In this document: piece after piece, positions 13,231 to 24,689 of the stretch | Layout: the number at the start of each line of letters is the position of its first letter | How positions within the stretch are numbered: the first letter of the stretch is position 1 | NCBI RefSeq assembly: GCF_004010195.1 | Contig: NC_057718.1 | Span: forward strand, 30,964,902-31,028,901 | From: Chiloscyllium plagiosum | Taxonomy: Eukaryota | Length of the DNA stretch: 64,000 nucleotides | Direction of reading: 5' to 3' | Program-made: the position numbers and the translations under genes | Notes under the pieces: model-generated | The model's database searches: none | The model's input: only the letters and a program-made list of their open reading frames with translations | Told to the model about the DNA's origin: nothing

Positions 13231-16200
13231 CTCTTTCTTTCTGTCTCGATCACAGACTCAGTGTTCTTGCATATTGTGTCAAACGTCTGACGAAAGTACT
13301 AGGTTCTTAAGAAAGTGGGGAGGGTGGGGGTGATATCCAACTAGATAAATCTAGTGCGATGTAATTTTATGCAAAGTGCTATTTTGAGTATCTTCAGCAA
13401 GTACGAAGTTCTATTATATCTCCCGAGTTTATGTAGGGCGCTTACTAGTCACTGTTTCTCCAACTGTGTGTTTATCTATATGTAAAGAAAAACTTTCTAA
13501 ATCAAAATATAGTATTCCGTTTTCTTATACCTGGTGACTTATTGTGTCTTTCTCTGCGAAGTTACTTTGAATGGTTCAACATACTTATACACAGAAACTA
13601 CAAACGGAGGAGTTTGTCTGAAAAGGGAATACGCATTGAAGGGTATTATACTCTTGTTTTGGATTTCGTAAAGAAAACCTTTTTTATATGTAAAGTCGGA
13701 CAAATATATCAGTCATATTAAAATGGGGTCCAATGATGGGGGAGGGGTAAGTGTACTTGTGTTTTACTGAAATAGGTTACCTCACAAGCTATCCACTTTA
13801 CGAGGAACTTTATTGCAACGACTGAGTGTTTTGGATTAATTGCACAAGAAATTGGGTTGGAGACAGTAACTTCCTCCTATTTATGGCGGCAAATGAAAAC
13901 AGTAAATACGAGGACTCGCCATTTAATCAGCTAATCATATTACAGCTCCTCCCCGTGCATCTTAAGTTCATTGTGAAGTGTTGAAAGAAGTCTTTATTTG
14001 CATGACTAACAGTCTACCGCCAGCACCTTTGCACTAATGTCGTTCATTGCCCCGGGCTGTTAATTCAAGCGTGAATTAAAAATAGAACTGAGCCCTGAAC
14101 TTGTTTTCACTTGTGAAGTTTTTGAAATCTATCCCTGTGTGCTTTGGATAACGATTGAGAAAATCCGTGACGGGTTCTCTGGCAACTAAAACGAAATTTA
14201 AATGAGACCCAACCGCTAACTACAGAAACCAACAAACACCATCGGATAATTGGATGTTTTGTACTTTTCTTGAGGTTTAAACATTCAGTATAGATCTTGT
14301 ATATACATTTCCATTGTATCAAAGATAACATTGCTCCAAAACTCACTAATAGGCAGATTCCACAGTTACTTTAGACAGAAGCTGCAATCCAAACTTCCAA
14401 GGGTCTTTATAAAGAGGAGTTCGCCTCTCCGTTTTTGTTTAGGCAAACCATGACTGCAGTAGATTTCAGATTTATCGCCGTGTAATAATAACAATTAATA
14501 TTTATTTTTATTTTTCTAATTATGTGTGGTAACAAAAGCTATTAGCTTAATGAACGATTTTTTTTCATGTAAAGTTAATGTGTTCACTTCAACCTTTGTA
14601 AATGCTTGGCAGCGATCTGTTTCGCTCTGCGCTGCTTGGCGATAATTGAATCTTTTTGAAACTGTTGCTTTTGTGTGAGGAACACAATCTTTCCACCGCA
14701 CATTTCTATTTCTACGTGAATGTCTATTGAAACCCATCTATGCAGCAAAACGATTAACAAGTGAAATGATTTTGGGGCAAATTAAAAGGCTATATCACGT
14801 CCCTTTTTTTCTAAAAAAAGTTTAGAGTTTTTAAAATGTTTTTCGTATATTGGATAAATCATTTTCGAACTGGCTAAAATTGCAATGTTGTAGGTCACTA
14901 AATTTGGATCATTTCTAAATCCAATCAAATAAGTACATTGAGATAGTTTTAAACAATGGCCTGTAGAAAGCTGCGTTATTTCAATAGTCTTCTACAGTTG
15001 TTACATTGCAAGACGACTTGGCTTGTCGAATACTGTTGTTTGTTAAAGGGCGTAGTTATATAATGTGTGCATATGTGAGCATTATCTAGGATGAAATGCA
15101 GTTTAGAAATCTATATAAACAGATTTTCAATTGGTTCAGGCTAAATCCCCAGCAGTTTTCTCTTACATTGAAGTAACTGTACCTCGCCTTGAGGGGAAGG
15201 GAGCGACGGCGTACAAAAGTGACTGTTCTGTTTACACTAATGCTGCAAAGGTTTTTGTGATTGTGGACTGAGGCAACAAAAAAACCGAGTAAAATGCGGA
15301 AGCGGAAAGTTCCCGGAGCTGCTTTTGCAGGAAGGAAGAAGCAAGAAGGCTCCGCGGAGAGGCCGCGAGCATGCGCGCTCCCAGCGTGTTACTTTCAAAG
15401 AGTGAACTGAGCTCAGCTGCCAGAACAAATCGTGTCAGGCAAGGAGAGATAACATGCACTTATTAGTGAAATCTCCTTGAAACAATGGTTTGTAGCTTTA
15501 AAATGGCAGTTCTGGCAGTATATGTCTTTCACAAATTATTTTTCAATAGAAGTTTTAGGATGCTTTCTTTAAGAAATTGGCATTTTGATAGATGAAAACT
15601 CCTGATTTTGCATTGTTTTGTTCTTGGGTAGTGGATTGAGACGCAAATCTGTGAAAATCTGAATTTAAGCTTCCAGACTCACTAAATCCTTCTGCCCCGG
15701 AAAGATATGGCCTATCACAAGCAAAAAGCCAAGGCAGCTTACTTCGAGTTCGCCATTACCGATTATTATCGATGAGTCTTCTTCAAACCTCCATTAGTTT
15801 ATTATCCATGACAAGCCTAGCTGTTGATTTAAATGAAATTAATCTAAAGCCGATGAGCATTTATTCAGCAATGCTCAAGCCTTCGGCGTTAGATACAAGT
15901 CAAACAGATGGCATGGGCTGTATATGACTTTGATATTCCACTCGGGTGCTAATATGCCAAATGCACCAAATCATACAAGAAATACAGTGAGGGCAATACA
16001 GCTGCTATCTGTTTGTATCCAACTACACAGTTTGGACCATGAAATCCTTAAATATGATACGCTTTTAAAGGGAAGTTTCGGAGACACTGTTCTATACGCT
16101 ATAGACGAGAGCGCGGGTTACTCTGAGTCACTTTGCAAAGTCTCCAGTCCTGGTTACATCAAGTCACATACAAAAACGCACAGGCCACACAAGTGCGCCT

Positions 16201-19200
16201 AATTAATGTTAATAAACACAAATGAATGCATGCATATTATTTCGCTGTTCAGAAACACATCGATTAATGCAATTAATGCATTTATCCTTTGAAATAGATT
16301 CAGGGCGGGCACAGAAGTAGCAAAATAGTTGACTATGGACACGGCGTATTCTGATCTTACTCTAATTTGGTGGTTTAGCAGAGCAGAAGTTTTCTTTATA
16401 ATCGTGTGTATTCGTGCAGTTCTTTAGCAGCGCGGTGCTGCGTCCGGACTGATTTCTGGAAGATGCGGTCAGAGACGCCCAGCGAGCAGAACGGAGAATC
16501 AGAAAGGTAGGAAATAATCTGATAACCTGACTTCTCAACATCACCTCGGTCTTCTTCCATACCCGAATGTAATATTTACCTTATGTTTGGTGTCCCCCTC
16601 CCCATATTTATAAATAGCAATTAATAAAAACGTATCACAGTGAGACCGTATACTGGTTTGTTTTTCGGTGGGTTGTGGCCATAGCGAGACCAAGAAGCTA
16701 GGTGTCATGGCTCCACTTTCGAAAGGAAAGGAGGAACCACTAATCCGGAATTTCAACAAAAAAAACCCCGTACATTTTGGTTGTAATGAGAGTTCGACAC
16801 ATTCGGACGTGGAAAATAGAATACCCATTCAAGGTCTGAGTTTTAATTTGCCTCAAGTTGAATTGCCCAATAATCGATTTCGTTTTGTCATGTACTTGTT
16901 ACATTGCGGCGACTTTAGGCTCTTAGGTATTGCTTTAAAACGTAGAGGAAGAGTGTTTTGTATTAATGTCACAATAATATTCCAAATAAATCAGGACTCT
17001 ACGACTTTCGACAAATCACTTTTTGACGAAAATGCAACTATTTATTTGGATGTGATAAGAAATATTGAATTTAGTTCAGTCACAAGGTGTAACTTCCTCA
17101 TTTACTGACATTAACCACATCTTGGTCTCGCGCACTGCAGCTGTTTATACTTACTCACTTTTCATAGAGCTCTGATGGATATAACATTGAGTTTCTCACT
17201 TTAAATGATTCTTTGAATGAAAAGACAGGGCATCTAAAAAATACATACTTTAGGACTCTAGGGATGTTCACCTGTGCACACCCGCACTGCAGCTGTTCTG
17301 TAAATATGGCAAACAGTACCTTTATTCAATGAAATGTCTTCGAGAAATTGCTAGAATAGTCACAATGTTTCGTCGACTGTACCTCGCTAATTAATACAGG
17401 CAACCGTGTGGTCATTAACTCGAGCATTGAACTTCGGGAAGCGGTGAGCGCTATCGGTAGGTTTCCCTTCAATGAACTATGCGATGCGTTCGGTTCTTGT
17501 TTCTCTGTTGTGCTCACTCTTTACTGATAAAAAAATTCTTCAAGACTATTTGGATTTAAAACTGTAATTCTATTAAATAGCAATTGAAGGATCACGGAAG
17601 ACTATGATACAGGATCAACTGCCACATAAGCTGCCCATTTGAACTTTGATTTGTTGTCATACGCAGATGGGATCATGGCCTCTCTAGGATGACTGTGAGT
17701 TCTAGACATGCAAAGGCTGCAACAACCGATTAATTAATTTGTCTTCGTCTAAAGGAAGGAAATTTGATGGAATTGTCGCCCTGTCTCGAGATGTCTTCAG
17801 AACGTTTTTAAACTTTACATTCTTTTTGCGGATTAGATGGAATTAAAGAGAGTCTTTGTAGATTGTAGTTTCAACAGCGTAATTCATATTTCCGTAACTG
17901 CTGTTGTTCCTCAAAGGCAGGCTGTTTTTCGTTTAATTCATTTCGCTCGTGTGTCATTGAAGATTAGCTTGCGAATACTGGACTATTTCCAAGTAGTGGC
18001 TTGAAACGTTATTGTCAGATCCGTATTTACCGTCATAACCGATGTATCATCATCATTGCATTGACATTCTCAGCAGGGCAATATAATGGTTAGTACATTC
18101 GTTCATCATTAATTGCCAAGTTTCCTGATTGTTTTGATTAGCTGTTTGTAGTTTCAGCTCCTGATAGCAATCTTAGGCAAATCACACACAGACACACACA
18201 CACATTAGCTACAGGCCGTTGCAGTAAAATCACGAAAGGAAACATGTGATATTTACCCATTATTAATTTCCTAAGTAATAATTATCTCAAAGGTACAAAA
18301 TTAAACGGAAGTAGCTCACAATTATATGCGCCTTCCACAAACGTAGGTTTTCAAATTATAATATAAATCATCTAAATTTTCAAAAATAACCAAGTAGTAT
18401 TGAAATTGCCCACATGATATTCCATGTGCCTATTTCTATAGGGAGGTCCACGTGCGGACTCTGCTTTAACATTTTGATAAAATCAATGCTTCAAAATACA
18501 AACTTGGCACAACATATTATTTGCTGATTAGCAACGTACTTTTGTAAGATATTCTCAAACCTGATGCAGTTTATTGTCAATTAAGACATTTATTTAACGT
18601 TTTCTTTGATGTGCAATCGTTACGTTTCCATAAGTACACATTCAGCCTATCGTCTCTTGACCAGGTATTGTGTTGTGAATGCTTTCTCTACATTAATTTA
18701 ACTACGTGGTGACAATTGTTCAAAATGTAACGACAAATCGCACGTGCAATGATCCTAAATAGCGGGAAAAAACATTGAGTGATTCTAGGTCTATGCTCAC
18801 TTTACGTTCCTGGAAGAACAAGTCCACGCCAGTTACTGGCTAAATTCAGCTATCAGGCAGCAACTCAGAGCTGCTTGTACAGTGATCGCCAAGTCTGTAC
18901 TACAGGAGGCACGTTAGATAATGCATAATACATCAACAAATTGAGGTGTTAAACATTACAGCACATTTCAGCACTTAGGCTGCCACTGCATTGGGTTCAG
19001 GGCTCTAATAGTTCCATTTTGTGTAGTCGTGTTTTGAAATCGGACCTATTTAGGCAGGTCTAAAGCACACATTAGCTATATGTCATTTCGATAGGTGCTG
19101 GGATGTGTAAACAGAAACATGCATTACTGGATAATAATGCGGAAAGATAGATACAAATTATGTCACACATGTATATCCTTCGCATTATTGAAATGCTGGA

Positions 19201-19829
19201 TACTTTTGGCAATCACTTGTGATTGTCAATAACGTGCATGTCTATTAAATGTTTGGATATTTCTCTATATGTGCAATTTATTTGCTCTTGCTGTCTGTTT
19301 AGAGCTCTTCAATATTTTTCTTAGCTTCACAAGTTTTCCCGACTTGTCACTCATTTCACAAGTTGTTTCCGTCGGGTAATGTCTCTGCACAGGCTCCAAA
19401 CGGATCTCCTACAAAGAACAGCCGATATCTTTATCTCTATTCATACAAATTCTTTTGATCAAACTATTTAACCCCTCTGGTGCCAAAGCACAAAGGTCAT
19501 GTTAGCTGCCTCTGTGTATGGCTGGGGAATATAGGATAAAATGGGAAGGCTTACAGTTCGTGAACTTTTCGTGCTGTGGCTAGGCCAGGCCACTTTGAAT
19601 TGGCACCCTATGTGGATCTGACATATAAAAAAGAGAGCCAAACGTGCAGTTTCTAATGACTGCATCGACCTTTTCTCCTATCTCCTGTTATTTACAAACT
19701 AAATACTTATATCTCATTCGCTGCTGCCTTGGTTTCATGTATTCCCCTAGGTTTACCTGTAGCTGTGTGTGAGCGTGTGTATGAGATGATAGTGTGAATG
19801 GATGTACGGTGTGTCTATGTATTTGATCC

Positions 19830-20015
19830 TGGGCTGACCAGAATGAGTTGAAGGGACCAAGTAGGGTCCTTTACTTGTCTTAATCCGAGGGAATTCTTGC
19901 AGGGCTATGGGAAAAGAGCAGGTGAGAGGTACCAATTGGATGGCTGTTTCAGAGTTGTCAGAAACACCGTGGGCCGAATGGCCACGTTTATGCTATGTTA
20001 TTTCATAATTCTATA
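19830..20015 (+). mobile_element. CR1-type LINE 3' tail
   Basis: GGGCTATGGGAAAAGAGCAGG...GGGCCGAATGGCC...ATTCTAT matches the pattern of the other CR1 3' ends in the window. Confidence 0.55.
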
Positions 20016-21654
20016 ACTTGTGCTTAAGTACCTGCCTGCATGGAATCTCGCTGATTCTTGACACTCATCCGACTGCATAGTAATCACTTCATTGGAAGGC
20101 TTGCCTCTTGCCAGAAAGAACGATAATGCTGTATTGATGTATCGTGTGCACAGAGCCATTTACCCAGAAACAAGTGCTCACTTAGTAGCTGGGCATCTAT
20201 CCGTCAAGTAATGTACCTGCGTGTTGCGAAAATACTGCTTGATCCTCCTTTTGCGCTGTGGGTTATGTGCCTGAGAGAAGTGGATTTCTGTGCGTTATTG
20301 GCTGCCTGCGACTCCCATTCTTTTTCTTTCAGAACAGCACCATTTACAAGTTCCCTCCAGCGCGCTCTCTCTCTTTCTCCGGCTTATTCACATATGTTCT
20401 ACAGAGCATCGAGAGCGCCCTGCCTTCTGTCACTAGTTGTCACAGCACTGAAGCTAGGGACAGTTGACGGTCGCCTGTTCTCTCCCTCGACACGAAACGC
20501 CCGCTTGAGCAGATTCAGAATTAAGGGAAAAAACATCTATCGCCCCAGAGTCCACGCTGCAGGTGGGCAATGTTCCTTCCCAGCCCCATATCCCCCATCC
20601 CTTGAACGTTAGCTATGCCATTATCCAGCAATATTTGCGTTTTATCATTTCCCAGTCTGATGGCCTATATTTCTGACGCGGCTTCTATACATCTAAGTAA
20701 TAAAACAAAACTCCTGCTCTCTGTTGCTGATCATGGCCTGTAAAGGTCTCAGATACTGTTCGGCTTTTGGCCTCTCTACATCTGTTTCACTCAACCTATC
20801 AGCTGTACCAGTGTGCGAGTGTGAGGGAGATCTTTGTTCCTGTCAATGAGCTGATTATAACTGCGAGAAACCATCTCAATTTCACATCTGTGTGAATTGT
20901 GCATCTTAACAAGTTTAACATTATTGCGAAGTAGTTTTGGCTTAAGATCAGAACTAAACTTATGCTCTGTAAATCGGGCAAAAAGAGCAAACTACCTGCG
21001 GAATTGACCCCCGAGCCAAGCTGAGTCACGCTGTCTGCTCCAGGGATCTCCGTTCCAGTTTGTGTCAGTGTCTGGTCAAGCCCTAATTCACATAAACACA
21101 GAAACTACAACATGGAAAACAATCCATTCAGCTTGACCGGGCTGTGTTAGCGTTCATTCTCCATACACAGTACTGTTCCCCACTACACCAATTTCCACTG
21201 TTTCCACTTCCTGCTAACAATTATTCCTCATTCACCCCGCCAAGCTAGTTCTGAATCTTGACACAGACGCTATCACAACCGCTAATCGTGGAGGCAGTCC
21301 CAATTTTGCACTATAATTTTAATGTCATTATGAGGTTGCATTAAACTCAAATAAGTGTCATTGAAATGAATCCAACTATGAAAGCGCCCATCAAGCTCAT
21401 GTAATGATAAACTTTTTTGAATTAACACAAAATATCTATAAGCATTAGTATATATGAACCGTTGTAATCAGCAAATGTAAGGTAAGAATAACTGGGCACG
21501 TGAATAATGGTGGCAATGTTGTCTCAAATGGAGAAGGGAATAATGTAATTCAAAATACTTCAGCTCAGAAACTGCAAGTCTGACTGTGCTCATTGTGTAT
21601 ATGTGGATGTGTGTGAACACAGTGTAAGTGTGAACTCAGTGTAGCTGCAAGTGA

Positions 21655-21877
21655 TTTTAGATCAACGTGATGCTGGAAAAGCACAGCAGGTCAGGCAGCT
21701 CCGAGAAGCAGGAAAATCGACGTTTCGGGCAAAAGCCTTTCATCAGGAATGGGCCCGAAAGCTTTTGCCCGAAACGTCGATTTTCCTGCTCCTTGGATGC
21801 TGACTGACCTGCTGTGCTTTTCCAGCACCACTCTGATCTAAACTCTGGTTTCCAGCATCTGCAGTCCTCACTTTTGC
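21655..21877. mobile_element. Palindromic hammerhead-bearing PLE end element, family A
   Basis: Inverted arms around a short spacer. 14-bp TSD GTAGCTGCAAGTGA at 21641-21654 and 21878-21891. Minus strand reads CTGATGA-AAGGCTTTTGCCC-GAAAC-GTC. Confidence 0.88.
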
Positions 21878-21999
21878 GTAGCTGCAAGTGAGCTAAGTGC
21901 AAGTATGTGAGAGTAATGTGAGTGCAACTGATTTGTGTGTGAATTTAGTTGAAAGTTTGATAGAGATCAGTGTTGCTGTGAGCATAAGTTAACTCATTA

Positions 22000-24060
22000 G
22001 GACAGTGAGTGTGAGTGAGCACAGTCCGATGGTGTGTGAGTGAACTCAGTGTGACAGTGAGTGTGAGTGAGCTCAGTGTGATGATGAGAGTGAATGAGCT
22101 CAATGTGATGGTGAGTGTGAGTGAGCTCAGTGTGATAGTGAGTGTGAGTGAACTCAGTGTAATGGTGAGTGTGAGTGACTTCAGTGTGATGATGAGAGTG
22201 AATGAGCGCAATGTGATGGTGAGTGTGAGTGAGCTCACTGTGATAGTGAGTGTGAGTGAACTCAGGGGGAGTGCAAATGAGCTCAAAGTGATGGTGAGTG
22301 TGAGCTCAGTGTGATAGTGAGTATGAGGTCAGTGTGATAGTGAGTGTGAATAAGTCGAGTGTGAGTGAGCTCAGTGTGATGGTGAGTGTGAGTGAGTTCT
22401 ATGATAGTGTGTGAGTGAGCTCAGTGTGATGGTGAGTGTGAGTGAGCTCACTGTGATAGTGAGTGTGAGTGAACTCAGGGGGAGTGCAAATGAGCTCAGT
22501 GATGGTGAGTGTAAGTGAGAGCTCAGTGTGATAGTGTGTGAGTGAGCTCAGTGTGATGGTGAGTGTGAGGTCAGTGTGATAGTGAGTGTGAATGAGGTCA
22601 AGTGTGTGAGTGAGCTCAGTCTGATGGTGAGTGTGAGGTCAGTGTAATCGTGAGTCTGAATGAGCTCAGTGTAATAGTGAGTGTGAATGAGATCAGTGTG
22701 ATTGTGTGAGTGAACTCAGTGTGATGGGGAGTGTGAATGAGCTCAATGTGATAGTGAATGTGAATGAGCTCAATGTGATAGTGAGTGTGAATGAGCTCAG
22801 TGTGATAGTGAGTGTGAATGAGATCAGTGTGATTGTGTGAGTGAACTCAGTGTGATAGTGAGTGTGAATGAGCTCAGTGTGATAGTGAGTGTGAATGAGC
22901 TCATTGAGGCATTGAGTCTGAGTGAGCTTAGTGTGATGGTGAGTGTGTGAGCTCAGTGTGATAGTGAATGTGAATGGCGAGTGTAAGTGTGAGCTTAGTG
23001 ATAGTGTGTGCGTGAGCTCATTGTGATGGTGAGTGTGAGGTCAGTTTAATAGTGAGTGTGAATGAGCTCAGTGTGATAGTGAGTGTGAATGAGCTCATTG
23101 AGACATTGAGTCTGAGTGAGCTTAGTGTGATGGTGAGTGTGAGTGAGCTCAGTGTGATAGTGAATGTGAATGGCGAGTGTAAGTGTGAGCTTAGTGATAG
23201 TGTGTGCATGAGCTCATTGTGATGGTGAGTGTGAGGTCAGTTTAATAGTGAGTGTGAATGAGCTCAGTGTGATAGTGAATGTGAATGAGCTCAGTGTGAT
23301 AGTGAGTGTGAGGTCAGTGTGATAGTGAGTGTGAATGAGCTCAGTGAGACATTGAGGAGAAAGTGAGGTCTGCAGATGCTGGAGATCAGAGCTGGAAATG
23401 TGTTGCTGGAAAAGCGCAGCAGGTCAGGCAGCATCCAGGGAACAGGAGAATCGACGTTTCGGGCATAAGCCTGAAGAAAGGCTTATGCCCGAAACGTCGA
23501 TTCTCCTGTTCCCTGGATGCTGCCTGACCTGCTGCGTTTTTCCAGCAACACATTTCCAGCTCAGTGAGACATTGAGTCTGAGTGAGCTCAGTGTGATGGT
23601 GAGTGTGAGTGAGCTCAGTGTGATAGTGAGTGTGAGGTCAGTGTGATGGTGAGTGTGAATGAGCTCAATGTGATGGCGAGTGTAAGTGTGAGCTCAGTGT
23701 GATAGTGTGAGTGTGAGCTCAGTGTGATGGTGAATGAGTGCCAGCTCAGTGTGATGGTGAGTCTGTGTGAGCTCAGTGTGACAGTGAGCGTGAGTGAGCT
23801 CAGTGTGATAGTGAGAGTGAGCTCAGTCTGATGGTGAGAGTGAGCTCAGTAAGACATTGAGGTCAGTGTGATAGTGAGTGTGAATGAGCTCAGTGAGACA
23901 GTGAGTGTGAGTGAGCTCAGTGTGATGGTGAGTCTGTGTGAGCTCAGTATGACAGTGAGTGTGAGTGAGCTCAGTGTGATGGTGAGTCTGTGTGAACTCA
24001 GTGTGATGGTGAGTGTTTGAGCTCAGTGGAATTGAGTGTGGGTGTTTTTATGTGATAACA
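22000..24060. repeat. 27-bp minisatellite, consensus ~GAGCTCAGTGTGATRGTGAGTGTGART
   Basis: Directly visible tandem units. The spurious ORFs over it repeat every 9 aa (TITLSSLTL). Degenerate flanks extend to ~21590 and reappear at 29880-30430. Confidence 0.92.
23355..23562. mobile_element. Young palindromic hammerhead-bearing PLE end element, family A, inserted in the minisatellite
   Basis: 84-bp arms at 23389-23472 and 23479-23562 with one mismatch, a 6-nt loop and a 34-nt tail at 23355-23388. AGTGAGACATTGAG is duplicated on both sides. Plus-strand CTGAAGA (23471)...GAAAC-GTC (23491-23498). Confidence 0.9.
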
Positions 24061-24119
24061 GTGTGAATATGAGTGATCTCAGTGCAGCTCAGTCTGTATG
24101 AGCTCAGTGTAACTCATGT

Positions 24120-24640
24120 TGTCAGAGTTTCACAGCACGGGAAGTGACCATTTTTCCTATGACGTCTGAGCCAGTCATCAAGCATCTATCTACTCTAATC
24201 CTATTTTCTATCATTTGGCCCTTAGCCTTGTACATGATGGTCTTTCAAGTGTTCATCCAAATATTTCTTAAGTAATGTGCAGCTTCTTATCTCCACCACC
24301 CTTTCTGCAGTAAGGCCTAGATAGATCCCACTCTGTGAATTTTTTCCTCTCAAATTCACAACAGCCATTCCCCTTAAATCTATGCACCTGGCTATTATTG
24401 CTCTTCTAAGGGATGACGTTTCTTCCTATTAATGCCTCTCATAATTTTCTACACCTCAACCAAGTGCTCTCTTAGCCTTCTCTGCTCTAAGGAAAACACC
24501 CCAACCCTGTCAAATCAAAAATGATAATTGCTGGAGAAGCTCAGCAGGTCAGGCAGAATCTGTGGAGAGAGAAACAGAGCTAACATTTCAAGTTCAATGA
24601 CCCTTCTTCAGAACCCAAACTGTCTAGTTTTTCTTATAGT
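24120..24640 (-). mobile_element. Old CR1-type LINE 3' fragment
   Basis: Reverse-strand CR1 3' UTR and ORF2 end pattern, interrupted by the PLE arm at 24515-24614. Confidence 0.55.
24515..24614 (-). mobile_element. Single-arm PLE end element, family B
   Basis: TTGCTGGAGAAGCTCAGCAGGTCAGGCAG...TGACCCTTCTTCAGAAC is homologous to the left arm at 1687-1786. Confidence 0.7.
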
Positions 24641-24689
24641 GATCTTAACTCAGTAAAATATGAAGTGGTTATGGAACAGGAAAATAAAA

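Noticed and set aside
12654..14100. SIX3 polyadenylation site
   Set aside because: No canonical AATAAA was spotted. Only variants (e.g. ATTAAA near 13717) are present, so the 3' end cannot be placed.
16668..17108. 146-aa ORF
   Set aside because: Non-ATG start, no domain similarity and no splice support.
21945..23209. Repetitive ORFs (TITLSSLTL / VSVSELSV)
   Set aside because: Translations of the 27-bp minisatellite.
21655..23562. Hairpin elements as pre-miRNAs, terminators or classical MITEs
   Set aside because: They are multi-copy with long variable TSDs, an asymmetric tail, a hammerhead core and a GIY-YIG-linked copy, all of which fit PLE ends better.
22000..24060. CRISPR-like array
   Set aside because: Contiguous tandem units without unique spacers, no cas genes, and a vertebrate context.
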